This document shows, piece after piece, positions 43,890 to 54,016 of a stretch of 64,000 bases of DNA (the first letter of the stretch is position 1; each line of letters starts with the position of its first letter). Both the position numbers and the translations under genes were made by a program. Source of the stretch: Minisyncoccota bacterium (lineage in GTDB: Bacteria > Patescibacteriota > Minisyncoccia > Phycocordibacterales > CAJBRS01); NCBI GenBank assembly GCA_035652395.1, contig DASRDX010000013.1, positions 3,255 to 67,254 of the forward strand, read 5' to 3'. Under the pieces are notes generated by a model. The model was not told the origin of the DNA. It saw only the letters and a list, made by a program, of their open reading frames with translations, and did not search any database.

Positions 43890-44528
43890 ATGGAAAAAGA
43901 TACTGTACTTGTGCATACATGTTTTCAGCACAAGAAAGGTTTTGAAAAAGATACGCCTGCAAGTCCTGAGAAATGCCGATGCCGCAAGCGTATATCATCG
44001 GAAAAAGCCGCTGAAGAAGTGAAACTCGGCTTGGCCAAATACACAGAAGTTAAAAAGACAATAGAAAAAATTGTTGTCTGCTTAAATTGTTGTTTGGACG
44101 GAAAAAGTTTCAAAAAATCTTGTAAAAATTGTTTGGGTACTGGGCGAGTCATTGTTAAAAAATTTACTAAGATTTTTGGCCCCGATATAATACGCACAAT
44201 TTCACGAGATGGAAAAAGAAACATAACTACGGTTAAAGTCAAGAAGTCTCCAACTATAGAAGCTAAGCACATTCTCAGAGCGTTGGGACTTTACGGTGGC
44301 GGCCAAAACGCGGCAAGAGAGAGATGGGAAGAGTATAATCTTCTCACCAAAAAGTGTTTTGTCCAACTTTTGACTGATTATATTAATGTTAAGGAATTCG
44401 ACCGAATATGGGCCGAGTGGATAAAATCTCCCGATGAAACTCCGTTTCCTCTTTCATTGAGATTAGAGCCAAAAAATGATTTGACAACAATGGTTGGACG
44501 GAAGTACGATTATGGCAGGTCCGTATGA
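43890..44528 (+). CDS. hypothetical protein with CxxC..CxxC zinc-finger
   Basis: LNCCLDGKSFKKSCKNCLGTG. Confidence 0.4.
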   Translation: MEKDTVLVHTCFQHKKGFEKDTPASPEKCRCRKRISSEKAAEEVKLGLAKYTEVKKTIEKIVVCLNCCLDGKSFKKSCKNCLGTGRVIVKKFTKIFGPDIIRTISRDGKRNITTVKVKKSPTIEAKHILRALGLYGGGQNAARERWEEYNLLTKKCFVQLLTDYINVKEFDRIWAEWIKSPDETPFPLSLRLEPKNDLTTMVGRKYDYGRSV

Positions 44529-44694
44529 ATGAAGATAAGACAAAAGTGAAGATTGTGGCGGATATAGCATTAAAAGAAATCAGGTCTCGTTCTTTTTCGG
44601 GCAGACACCCAGAATTGGGAAAAATGATAAAGTGTCAAATTTGCGGAACGCGCCACAGAAGCAGTAAAATTTGTAAATTTAGGTACGCAAAATA

Positions 44695-45530
44695 ATGGAT
44701 ATAATTATATATCATAATAACTGTCCAGACGGTTTTTCTGCCGCTTACGTGGCGAAAATGAAATATCCCGAAGCGGAATTATTACCATTAGACTACGGTA
44801 CGGAGCCTCCGTATAATCGAGTCTCTGGAAGAGATGTTTTAGTTGTGGATTTTTCTTGGAGAAAAAGAGAACAAAATAGAAAATTAGCCGAATTGTCGAA
44901 AAGCTTTCTTATTCTTGACCACCATAAAACCGCACAGGCGGAACTCGAAAATGAACCGTATGCTGTTTTTGACATGAATAAGAGCGGAGTCGGAATTACT
45001 TGGGATTATTTTTTAATGGGCCGCGCCCTTGGTGGGTGAATTATGTCGAAGACAGAGATTTGTGGAGATGGAAACTTCCGTATTCACGATATGTAAATGC
45101 TTTTATTATGACATTTCCGCGCTCGTTGGAAGCTTGGGACCGTCTTGTAAAATACGACGAGGAACAAGCAATTTTTATAGGAAGATACATAACTTTACAA
45201 ATAGAACATTATGTTAATGATGTAGCAAAACAATCTAAGCGAGGAAAAATTAAGGTCGGAGAAAACGAACTAGATTTGATGATTCTGAATGTCCCTTATA
45301 TAAATTGCAGTGAAGTAGGAGAAAAATTAACTGAAGAGACGGGATTAAGTTTGACTTGGTTTGAACGGGCCGACAATAAAATTCAATTTTCATTGAGAAG
45401 CAGGGGAGATTTAGACGTTAGCGAAATTGCAAGACAGTTTGGTGGCGGCGGGCATAAAAATGCCGCTGGATTCGTACTACCGATTTCGGAAGGCCGCGCT
45501 GTAATTGATGGAATTAGTTATGGCCGTTGA
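44695..45530 (+). pseudogene. DHH-family phosphoesterase (NrnA/RecJ-like) split by a frameshift near a T6 run
   Basis: DHH motif LILDHHKT in the first frame (44695-45039), DHHA1 GGGHKNAAG in the second frame (45000-45530); frames overlap at TTTTTT 45009-45014. Confidence 0.6.
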
Positions 45531-46206
45531 ACACATGTTGATAGCCGTTAAAAGCTGTCAACAGCATCAATCGTACCATCAAGCTATCAGGGATACTTGG
45601 GGCAAACAAGTATCCCGAATGGTATTTTTTATGGGTGGTTTAACGGGGGTGGTTCCCTCTTCCGATGAGGTTCTGCTTGATTGTCCTGACGATTATCTTA
45701 GTTTGCCGCTCAAGACAAAGAAAATTTTAGAATGGGCGGGAGATAGATTTGAATATATTTATCTCTGTGATAACGACACTTTTATAATACCAACACGATT
45801 AATGTCCTTGGATTATGATAGGTATGACTATTCGGGTTCAATGGATAGACACTGCCCCATAGGGCAGACAAAAGATTATAGAGACCATATAGGATATTAT
45901 CCAAATTGCCATCCTTGGGCTAGTGGTGGAGTCGGATATTTTTTGTCTAAAAAAGCAGCGCAATTTATAGCGAAGAAAACTCCCGATGTTTGGGCGGAAG
46001 ATTTATGGGTAGGCCAAGTTCTAGGTCCTGAGATACAATCGGGAAGAATGACGGCGGCTCATCTTCCCAAATTAGAAAATTATTCCGCTTGGCATTTTAA
46101 GAGAACGCGGAAATACAGATTTTATTGTCCTGAAATGATGTACCGAAGTTTTCGCTTGGGGAATCCAGATTTAATGTATAAGGAAGATAATGACAATAGT
46201 AACTAG
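45505..46206 (+). CDS. GT-A fold glycosyltransferase (Fringe/beta-1,3-galactosyltransferase-like)
   Basis: DxD-like LCDNDTFI, hydrophobic core, 233 aa. Confidence 0.45.
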   Translation: MMELVMAVEHMLIAVKSCQQHQSYHQAIRDTWGKQVSRMVFFMGGLTGVVPSSDEVLLDCPDDYLSLPLKTKKILEWAGDRFEYIYLCDNDTFIIPTRLMSLDYDRYDYSGSMDRHCPIGQTKDYRDHIGYYPNCHPWASGGVGYFLSKKAAQFIAKKTPDVWAEDLWVGQVLGPEIQSGRMTAAHLPKLENYSAWHFKRTRKYRFYCPEMMYRSFRLGNPDLMYKEDNDNSN

Positions 46207-47038
46207 ACTGCGGGGCGGCATTGGAAATCAAATGTTCCAATATGCTATGGGATTGGCCCAAGCAAAAAGGTGGCAGACTGATTTATTGTTGGATATTTCA
46301 TCATTTGTGGGAGATTCTTTAAGGCGTTTCAATCTTAATTTGTTTCCACGAGTGAATGAAAAAACGGTAATAGGATACGTGAAGGCCACAATTTCCGAAT
46401 CGGGCATGCCGTATAATAAAGCCATAGTTGATTCCATAAAGTGCGACGAAATTTTAAGCGGATATTGGCAAACCGAAAAGTATTTTTCTTGGGATGCGCT
46501 CGGTTCGTCCGTTCCTTTTGGGGACATAAAGCAAGATTTGTTTTCAATTTTTACTGATGTTTCTATACAAGGAGATTATTATCACAGGCTAAACCGAATA
46601 AAAAGCGTTGAAAACAGCATCGCAGTTTGCATACGCCGCACGGATTATTTGAAATCTGATTTTCACGGCGTCTTACCCGCCGAATACTACAGGACAGCAG
46701 CCAAATTTATAAATGCCGAAAATCCTACGTTTTTCGTGTTCTCTGACGAACCGAAATGGTGCGAACAAAATTTTACGAATATTATTCCCGATGTTCCGTT
46801 TGAAATCATGGGTAGCTTTGACCAAACAACGCCGGAACATTTAGGCACTGAACATTTAGACATTAATTTAATGTCTTGGTGTAGGCATCACATTATAGCT
46901 AATTCTACATTTGCTTGGTGGGGCGCATGGCTCGGAGAAATCAGACAAAAAGGAATTATTTGTGCCCCGTCCCAATGGTTCTTAAATGCGCCAGAAAATC
47001 CAAAAGATATAATTCCTGAAAGGTGGATTAAACTATGA
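46190..47038 (+). CDS. alpha-1,2-fucosyltransferase (GT11, FutC-like)
   Basis: GT11 motifs RLRGGIGNQMFQYA and CIRRTDY, C-terminal IANSTFAWWGAWL. Confidence 0.7.
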   Translation: MTIVTRLRGGIGNQMFQYAMGLAQAKRWQTDLLLDISSFVGDSLRRFNLNLFPRVNEKTVIGYVKATISESGMPYNKAIVDSIKCDEILSGYWQTEKYFSWDALGSSVPFGDIKQDLFSIFTDVSIQGDYYHRLNRIKSVENSIAVCIRRTDYLKSDFHGVLPAEYYRTAAKFINAENPTFFVFSDEPKWCEQNFTNIIPDVPFEIMGSFDQTTPEHLGTEHLDINLMSWCRHHIIANSTFAWWGAWLGEIRQKGIICAPSQWFLNAPENPKDIIPERWIKL

Positions 47039-47586
47039 TTGATTTGAATAATCCTAAATTTGTGTCGTTTTTATCCCCGCAAGCTGAGTGGAAGCACGCT
47101 CTACTTATAGAATTGGGGGAAAGATTCAATCTTCAGATTCTAGTGGAAACTGGAACGTGTTATGGCGGCACAATTAATGCGGTTAAACATTGCTTTTCTG
47201 AGATACACAGTATTGAGATTCAAAAATCCATATATGATAGTGTTGTGAGACGGTTTGCGGAAGACAGACATGTTAAATTGTATCATGGTTCTAGTCGGCG
47301 TATTTTAAGAGGCGTATTATCAAATGTTCCCTCAGGACCTCTGCTATTTTGGCTAGATGCTCATATAACAGGCGGAACAACCGAAAACGACGGAGACCAA
47401 ATAAACGAGGAATTGAAAATCATTACTGAGGAACGGCCCGATTCTTTAATTGTGATAGACGACGTGAAACCTGACCGATGCAATGGATACGAAGGACCCG
47501 ATGCGGCTATTACAATACCTGAAGGTTATAAAGCTGTATTTTTACACGGCGTATTAATTGTGCACGATGGTAGATATAATATCTAA
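47035..47586 (+). CDS. class I SAM-dependent methyltransferase (sugar O-methyltransferase-like)
   Basis: motif I LVETGTCYGG, acidic motif II, LFWLDAH. Confidence 0.45.
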   Translation: MIDLNNPKFVSFLSPQAEWKHALLIELGERFNLQILVETGTCYGGTINAVKHCFSEIHSIEIQKSIYDSVVRRFAEDRHVKLYHGSSRRILRGVLSNVPSGPLLFWLDAHITGGTTENDGDQINEELKIITEERPDSLIVIDDVKPDRCNGYEGPDAAITIPEGYKAVFLHGVLIVHDGRYNI

Positions 47587-47603
47587 TACCGGAGAAATTC
47601 TAA

Positions 47604-49235
47604 ATGAAAATTTTAGTGACGGGAAGCGGCGGATTAATTGGAGGCGAAGCAGTAGAATATTTTGGTTCTCGCGGCCACGAAATCGTAGGTGTGGACAATA
47701 ACATGCGAAAGAAGTTTTTCGGAGATTCGGCGGATATTTTATGGAATTTGCATCGCGTGGTTCATAAAGTTATCAGATATGCACATCACGAAGCCGATAT
47801 TCAGGATATGAATGCGCTGCAAAATTATGTTTTTCAAGGCGCACCATACGACGCGGTTATTCATTGCGCCGCTCAGCCTTCGCATGATTATGCCGAAAAG
47901 AATCCTGAAATAGATTACGGCGTCAACGTTCAGGGCACCAAGAATTTATTGGAATGTACGTTAAAGCATAGTCCGAACGCTGTCTTTATATTTATGAGCA
48001 CCAATAAAGTTTACGATAATGCCGTTAACAGTATGGAATTTGAAGAATTTCAAACTCGTTTTGATAAAAGAGCGTGGCGAGGATTCGATGAGACGACTTC
48101 AATCGGAGCCAATAATACATTTGGACGGCATAAACTCGAAGCAGATTTAACGGTTCAAATTTATGCGGCGAAAGGCTTAAAAACCGTAGTTCTTAGAGGC
48201 GGTTGTTTGACGGGTCCGGGGCATTCGGGTGTTGAAATGCACGGCTTTCTTTCGCACTTAATTAAAACAGCCGCTACAGACGGCGTGTATAAAATTTTTG
48301 GTTATGAAGGAAAGCAAGTTCGAGATAATATCCATTCCTATGACGTTATGCGAGCCGTGGAAGAGATAATCAAAAATCCTATAGCAGGAGAAATTTATAA
48401 TATTGGCGGAGGCAGAGGAAACAGCATATCAATACTTGAGGCCATTGCCAAGGTGGAAGGCATCATAGGAAAACCCGTAAAACGAGAATATGTAAATGTT
48501 CCTCGTTCGGGAGACCACAAATGCTACATTACGGATTTTTCCAAATTAAAAAAACATTATCCGAATTGGGGCATAACAAAGAATTTAGATTATATATTCG
48601 ATGACATATTAAGGCAGATTTATTGGGGGCAGTATTCCGACCACGAAGATACGAAAAACTATCCTCTTAATGAAAACAGTGTCGTGATAGATGTTGGTGG
48701 ATATAGAGGAGCGTTTACGGACGATATTGTAAAAAGATATAATTGTTTTGTTCACGTAATAGAACCAATAGAGGATTTTTATCATGCATGCGTTTTTAGA
48801 TTCAAAAACAATCCTAAAGTGACGCTGCATAATATAGGATTGTCGCATAAAAATGGAAATAGAACCATTGCTAGCCAAGGTCAAAACAGCAGCTTGTTTC
48901 GCGGCGGACAAAATCAACCGGAGCTTCCGCCGGACCCTGTTTACGGAAAACCCGTTCCGATAATTGCTAATGTTGTAGATGCAGCCGAATTTTTTGAACG
49001 AAACATAATTGAAGCCGATTTGATAAGTCTTAACGCAGAAGGCGCGGAGTTTGAGATATTGCCTCGTCTCATAGAAACGGGATACATTCAAAAGTGCCGA
49101 AATGTTCAAATTCAATTTCACAAATTTTACCCTAATGCCGAGATTCTTAGAGAAGCAATTAGAACAGAGCTTAGAAAAACCCATGTCGAGAGTTTCAATT
49201 ATCCTTGGGTGTGGGAGTCGTGGAAATTAAAATGA
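47604..49235 (+). CDS. NAD-dependent sugar epimerase/dehydratase fused to FkbM-family methyltransferase
   Basis: N-terminal Rossmann MKILVTGSGGLIGGEAVEYF and YxxxK-type core; C-terminal about 190 aa VVIDVGGYRGAFTDDI...FkbM-like. Confidence 0.65.
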   Translation: MKILVTGSGGLIGGEAVEYFGSRGHEIVGVDNNMRKKFFGDSADILWNLHRVVHKVIRYAHHEADIQDMNALQNYVFQGAPYDAVIHCAAQPSHDYAEKNPEIDYGVNVQGTKNLLECTLKHSPNAVFIFMSTNKVYDNAVNSMEFEEFQTRFDKRAWRGFDETTSIGANNTFGRHKLEADLTVQIYAAKGLKTVVLRGGCLTGPGHSGVEMHGFLSHLIKTAATDGVYKIFGYEGKQVRDNIHSYDVMRAVEEIIKNPIAGEIYNIGGGRGNSISILEAIAKVEGIIGKPVKREYVNVPRSGDHKCYITDFSKLKKHYPNWGITKNLDYIFDDILRQIYWGQYSDHEDTKNYPLNENSVVIDVGGYRGAFTDDIVKRYNCFVHVIEPIEDFYHACVFRFKNNPKVTLHNIGLSHKNGNRTIASQGQNSSLFRGGQNQPELPPDPVYGKPVPIIANVVDAAEFFERNIIEADLISLNAEGAEFEILPRLIETGYIQKCRNVQIQFHKFYPNAEILREAIRTELRKTHVESFNYPWVWESWKLK

Positions 49236-49975
49236 ATCTTTCTAATATAACTATAGGCATAACATCATTTCTTCGTCACGGATATTTGCGACAATCTTTG
49301 CATGGTATCAGAATAAATTTCTCTGATTGCAGGTGGCTTGTGGCGGACGATTCAGACGTTCCGCCGCCTTTGTCTAGTGAAGAAATGGTACGTTTAAGCT
49401 TCGATTCGGGCTTAGGCGCAAAAAGAAACGCTCTAATTGAAAATACCAAGACTGAATATTTACTTCTAGCGAGCGACGATTTTGTTTTCGATGAAGAATC
49501 TAGAATGGGCGTTGAGTTACTCAAAATGACTTTAGACCGAAATCCCGAAGTGAGCGTAGCGGCAGGCAGAGTAAATGATAGACCGTATGAGGGGTTTCTT
49601 GAGTATTCTAGAGGAACTTACCTAAAAGAGATTTTGTTTGATGGCGATAAAAATCCGCTTTACAATACCGACCCCAACTGCTATAAGGTAGATATTGCAG
49701 CTAACTATTTTTTGGCGCGAACGCATCGGTTGATTCATTGGCCCGAATCAATTAAAATAGGCGGAGAGCATGGTCTGTGGTTTTTAAGAATGAAGCAGGC
49801 GGGCAGAATAGTTGTTTGGGTTCCCGGAGTGAACATACAAACACAGGAAAATAATCCTAGCAAAAAAGATTCAAGATATGATATGCTTCGTCGTAGATGT
49901 TGGGACGGCCACAATAAAATGAAGCAAATTTTGGAGATAAAGAAATACATAGATTTTTTTGGTATCGAGACATAG
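49232..49975 (+). CDS. glycosyltransferase (GT2-like)
   Basis: ITIGITSF.R...L and LVADDSD (DxD) pattern. Confidence 0.45.
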   Translation: MNLSNITIGITSFLRHGYLRQSLHGIRINFSDCRWLVADDSDVPPPLSSEEMVRLSFDSGLGAKRNALIENTKTEYLLLASDDFVFDEESRMGVELLKMTLDRNPEVSVAAGRVNDRPYEGFLEYSRGTYLKEILFDGDKNPLYNTDPNCYKVDIAANYFLARTHRLIHWPESIKIGGEHGLWFLRMKQAGRIVVWVPGVNIQTQENNPSKKDSRYDMLRRRCWDGHNKMKQILEIKKYIDFFGIET

Positions 49976-49982
49976 AAAAAAA

Positions 49983-50537
49983 ATGAAAACTTGGCTAATT
50001 ACTGATACTCACTTGAACCACAACAATATTAAGACCTATTGTCAGCGACCGGATGACCATACGGAACGTATTGATGCCAACATTCGTCGAATGGTGAGTC
50101 CGAATGATATTTTGATTCATTTGGGCGATATAGGAATAGGCAAAACTGACGTATTTATGCCGACTGTGCAAAAATGGCCGGGCAAGAAGTGGCTCATTCG
50201 CGGGAACCACGACACAAAATCGTGCCAATGGTATGTACAAAATGGATTCGATATGGCTTGCGACGGACTGATTTATCGCGGCGCTTGGCTTACGCATAAA
50301 CCGTGGCGAGCGCCTTTGCCTCGCGGTACTCATATCAATATTCACGGACATTTACACAATGTTTGGGATGGATTTCTTGCCGACGACCCCGAAAAACAAA
50401 AAGATGAGTTTTTTATTTCGGCCAAAAAAGGAAAACTTTTATATCCTTGGCAAAGATTGCTTGCCGTGGAGTACACCAATTATATGCCCGTAGAATTTGA
50501 TAAATTCGTGGCGAAAGGATGGGCGTGGAGAAGATGA
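49983..50537 (+). CDS. calcineurin-like metallophosphoesterase
   Basis: ITDTHLNH, HLGDIGIGK, GNHD, HGHLH motif series. Confidence 0.75.
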   Translation: MKTWLITDTHLNHNNIKTYCQRPDDHTERIDANIRRMVSPNDILIHLGDIGIGKTDVFMPTVQKWPGKKWLIRGNHDTKSCQWYVQNGFDMACDGLIYRGAWLTHKPWRAPLPRGTHINIHGHLHNVWDGFLADDPEKQKDEFFISAKKGKLLYPWQRLLAVEYTNYMPVEFDKFVAKGWAWRR

Positions 50538-51077
50538 ATGGCCGACTTTGAACCTATTGTTAGGTGGGTTCTTTTCCAAGAAGACGATAAAAAAGAACCA
50601 GGTAAAATCGTGGATTTAGGGGACGGGGCAGGATTAACTCGGCTTGGAATTACTCAGCGTTATCATGCTAATGATGTTCCTTCCGAATACTTTACTACAA
50701 TGCCGTTTGCCCAAGCCGTAGCTTACGCCAAATCGGTGTACAAGAAATTTTATTGGGTGCCCATACGAGGAGATGAAATTCAATCCGATATTGTGGCCGC
50801 TCCCGTGTTTAGTTTGGCTGTAAATAATTCTCCATCCGGTGCCGTTCGTGTTTTACAAAAAGTTTTGGACATAAAACAGGATGGAATTTGCGGACCGATT
50901 ACCATTAACACTTGTAACTCCAAACAGCCTGAAATAGTGGCTTCAATGTTTCGAGCGGAGTGGGAGGATTTTTATAGACAGATAGCCGCATATAATAATC
51001 AAAATAAATTTTTATCGGGTTGGCTTGCCAGAGTTTATTTTCCGTATCCGTCGCCCGTGCCCCAAATTTATGATTAA
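50538..51077 (+). CDS. GH108-family lysozyme with peptidoglycan-binding domain (putative endolysin)
   Basis: N-terminal GH108-like region and C-terminal PG_binding_3-like segment (GICGPIT). Confidence 0.5.
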   Translation: MADFEPIVRWVLFQEDDKKEPGKIVDLGDGAGLTRLGITQRYHANDVPSEYFTTMPFAQAVAYAKSVYKKFYWVPIRGDEIQSDIVAAPVFSLAVNNSPSGAVRVLQKVLDIKQDGICGPITINTCNSKQPEIVASMFRAEWEDFYRQIAAYNNQNKFLSGWLARVYFPYPSPVPQIYD

Positions 51078-51348
51078 ATTTTGTTACATGTGTCGCCATA
51101 AAGGTTGCCCCAATCCTTACTTTTGGAGTTATAGCGAAAAAGGTTTGGACATTTTGATTCGCCTGCATGAGGCGGACCATTTTCTTGAAATTCAAGAAAG
51201 CATGAAAAGATATGATGAACAGAACAAATTTAAAAACAAGGATTATAATAAATTATACTGTAATTGGCAGGACATACTTTTTCTGAAGACGAGGGGAATT
51301 TCCATAGACGAGGATATTATTTATGTCGGTAAAGGTAGTGAACATTAA
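51070..51348 (+). CDS. hypothetical Cys-rich protein
   Basis: MIKFCYMCRHKGC... Confidence 0.35.
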   Translation: MIKFCYMCRHKGCPNPYFWSYSEKGLDILIRLHEADHFLEIQESMKRYDEQNKFKNKDYNKLYCNWQDILFLKTRGISIDEDIIYVGKGSEH

Positions 51349-51634
51349 AAAAGAGTCTTGCGATATTCCCGTGTGCCGACCCACAATTTTTGGTAATTTT
51401 ATGGGTTTTGGAAACCCTAGAAAAAACGCGGTGGAAGCCTTTGCTTTATACTTTTATTCGGAAGACGGACGTAAATTGCGAGAAAAGGCATTAAAGGAAA
51501 TACCGGAAAATGCCAAAATAGGGTGCTACTGTTCGCCGGAACCGTGTCATGCCGACATCATTGCGGGCTATTTAAATTGGAAGCGGAGCCTTCAGTTCTT
51601 TTGTTATGCCCTAAGAGGACGATTGGAGAAATAA
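51323..51634 (+). CDS. DUF4326 domain protein
   Basis: GCYCSPEPCHADII signature of DUF4326. Confidence 0.55.
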   Translation: MSVKVVNIKKESCDIPVCRPTIFGNFMGFGNPRKNAVEAFALYFYSEDGRKLREKALKEIPENAKIGCYCSPEPCHADIIAGYLNWKRSLQFFCYALRGRLEK

Positions 51635-51639
51635 TAAAT

Positions 51640-51975
51640 ATGGAAGTCGAAGAGAAAGATTTTGCCTATAGTTTGGGTTTTTTGGAAGAATGGTTAAAAG
51701 GACATCCGAAACAAGTGTCGGAACATTTGAAGACCGTGGCCGATGCCATATCTTTTTATAGAAATCGGTATCAAGCTGTTAAAGATAAATTTGACGAACT
51801 AATACAAGAAAACAACCAATTAAAGAAACAATATAACGAAACCGTGGCAAGTGCCGCGAAACTTTTGGATTTTGCTCGCTCGCAGGCCGAAAGAATTTCT
51901 GAAACGGAGCAATTAATAGAAGAACAGCGGCCTTTTTATCGGGTACACAAGGAAGGGCTTGACAAGCCACAGTAA
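51640..51975 (+). CDS. hypothetical coiled-coil protein
   Basis: start at MEVEEKD (RBS GGAGAAATAA). Confidence 0.4.
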   Translation: MEVEEKDFAYSLGFLEEWLKGHPKQVSEHLKTVADAISFYRNRYQAVKDKFDELIQENNQLKKQYNETVASAAKLLDFARSQAERISETEQLIEEQRPFYRVHKEGLDKPQ

Positions 51976-52457
51976 ATATGAGATTATTTTGAAGCAAAAG
52001 GAGGCTTTCGGCGTGATTTTTGAAATTAGTATTTATGCTCCCGGAATTTCGGATTTTCATCCAAAAACGGATGAACCGGTTCCATTCCCTCCAATTGTGG
52101 AGACTTTTGAGGCTAGTTGCAATCAAGAAGCGAAAGCAATCGCTGAAAAAATTTATGGTCAATATGGATTCGGCCATGTCGGACATTACAACATCTTCCG
52201 AGCATAATTGCTTTTCGCAAGGAAAAGGCGGAGAATATTTATTTCTCTGCTCTCGTTGTGGAGGATGTTATGCATGTAATCACCGAGCGGTATTCATTGG
52301 AAAGAAATGGTGGTGGATTTCAGGATTGACAAATAAATACGAGCGCATCATAAATGACGGCAGATTATACGAGCTTCAGGCCGTGCCTGCCCCGTTCGTC
52401 GCGGCAGGGGCGAAGATGGCGACTTAATCTGGCGCGGCCTGAGGAAATGAGGATAAT

Positions 52458-52697
52458 ATGAAAAATAAATCTGAAATTACAGAAAAGAATATTCAAACGA
52501 TGCCCGCCAAACAGCTTCGCGGTCGCTTGCGAAGGAAGGCCCGACAGAAAACGGGAGCTTTAATTGACCAAGCTTGGGCCGTTATTCTAAATGTCATTTA
52601 CGAAAATACCGCGCCTCAAAAATTTGATGACAATAATAAATTTATGAAAACCGAGGCATCGAAAAATTTTGGAACTGTAAATCCTGGAATACGATAA
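52458..52697 (+). CDS. hypothetical basic protein
   Basis: 79-aa ORF with RBS GAGGAAATGAGGA. Confidence 0.4.
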   Translation: MKNKSEITEKNIQTMPAKQLRGRLRRKARQKTGALIDQAWAVILNVIYENTAPQKFDDNNKFMKTEASKNFGTVNPGIR

Positions 52698-52746
52698 TAG
52701 GAGTTTATCGCATGATGTCGAAAGCAAGAAAAGCCTTCTTCTTAAT

Positions 52747-53238
52747 ATGGTTTTTGTTAGACGTATTATTGTTTATAACTTTATATTTATTGTCATTATA
52801 TGGGATTTTATGAACTTAATCAAGAAAATCATAATCATATTCGGATTGGCCTTAATAACATCGTATTTATTGGGGGCGTCTCCGAAGTACAATCTTCAAA
52901 ACGATTTCGATTATTATAACGAACAATACTTTTACGGAGCGTTGCCAAACAACACAAAAGTTATATGGTCGGATTTGTCGCGCTATAATGATATGGCTAG
53001 AATGGATAAAAGACCCGACGGCTCAGTTCTTATATCCATAGACCCTCGGCTCAATCCTGACTTAAGAGAAGCCGACATGAGTCTATTGCACGAAATGTGC
53101 CACGAGAAATTGGAATTACGCATAAACGTTCCTGCGGGTTATACGGCAATCGAATCTAGCCTAGACCCTCATGGGCCTGCCCACGAACAATGCATGATTG
53201 ATTTGGCAGAGCGACACGCTTTCCATGATTTGTGGTGA
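52747..53238 (+). CDS. secreted/membrane HExxH metallopeptidase-like protein
   Basis: N-terminal hydrophobic helix; LLHEMCHE zinc-binding motif. Confidence 0.45.
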   Translation: MVFVRRIIVYNFIFIVIIWDFMNLIKKIIIIFGLALITSYLLGASPKYNLQNDFDYYNEQYFYGALPNNTKVIWSDLSRYNDMARMDKRPDGSVLISIDPRLNPDLREADMSLLHEMCHEKLELRINVPAGYTAIESSLDPHGPAHEQCMIDLAERHAFHDLW

Positions 53239-53260
53239 ATTAATTGAAATGAGATAAAAA

Positions 53261-54016
53261 ATGGAGACCCTTAATGAGTTGGCACTTTTCGCGGGCGCTG
53301 GTGGAGGAATACTTGGCGGAAAACTCCTGGGATGGAAAACTGTCTGCGCTGTTGAAATCGAACCCTACCCTGCAAGTATTCTTATCAAAAGACAGAATGA
53401 AGGATTTCTCAAATCCTTCCCTATTTGGGACGACGTTAGAAGTTTTGACGGACGACCTTGGAAAGAAATTGTTGACGTGGTTTCTGCGGGCTTCCCGTGT
53501 CAGGATATTAGTGTCGCAGGAAAAGGAGCGGGAATCTCAGGAAAACAAAGCGGCTTGTGGAAAGAAGCAGCCAGAATTGTTGGTGAAGTACGACCTGGAT
53601 TCGCGTTCTTGGAAAACAGTCCCGCGCTTACCAGTCGAGGACTCGACGTTGTTCTTGGGGACTTGGCCGAAATGGGGTACGATGCGGAATGGTGTGTGCT
53701 CGGAGGCTCCGATGTTGGAGCTTGGCATCAAAGAAAACGCATCTGGATTCTCGCTGCCGACAATAGGCAAGAACGAGTTCAAAGGTTCGTCTCGAAAAAG
53801 ATACCGTGGAAGCACAGAGTACCGTGGTGCCAAGATGTCCGAGGGATTGAGGATTTGCGAAAACGAACCGATATATACTCACCCCAACTTTGCAGAGGAA
53901 GCAATGGGGTGGCCGATTACGTGGACAGAATCTCGGCCATTGGAAACGGACAGATTCCAACAGTGGCTGCGAGCGCATTCAGTATTTTAATCAATAGATT
54001 TGTCAGGGAACGGTGA
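53261..54016 (+). CDS. C-5 cytosine DNA methyltransferase
   Basis: motif I FAGAGGG, motif IV GFPCQDIS, motif VI ENSPAL. Confidence 0.8.
   Translation: METLNELALFAGAGGGILGGKLLGWKTVCAVEIEPYPASILIKRQNEGFLKSFPIWDDVRSFDGRPWKEIVDVVSAGFPCQDISVAGKGAGISGKQSGLWKEAARIVGEVRPGFAFLENSPALTSRGLDVVLGDLAEMGYDAEWCVLGGSDVGAWHQRKRIWILAADNRQERVQRFVSKKIPWKHRVPWCQDVRGIEDLRKRTDIYSPQLCRGSNGVADYVDRISAIGNGQIPTVAASAFSILINRFVRER

Noticed and set aside
53274-53990. Alternative-frame ORF (238 aa) overlapping the C5-methyltransferase gene
   Set aside because: The 53261 frame carries the FxGxGG, PCQ and ENV motifs; the overlapping frame has no motifs.
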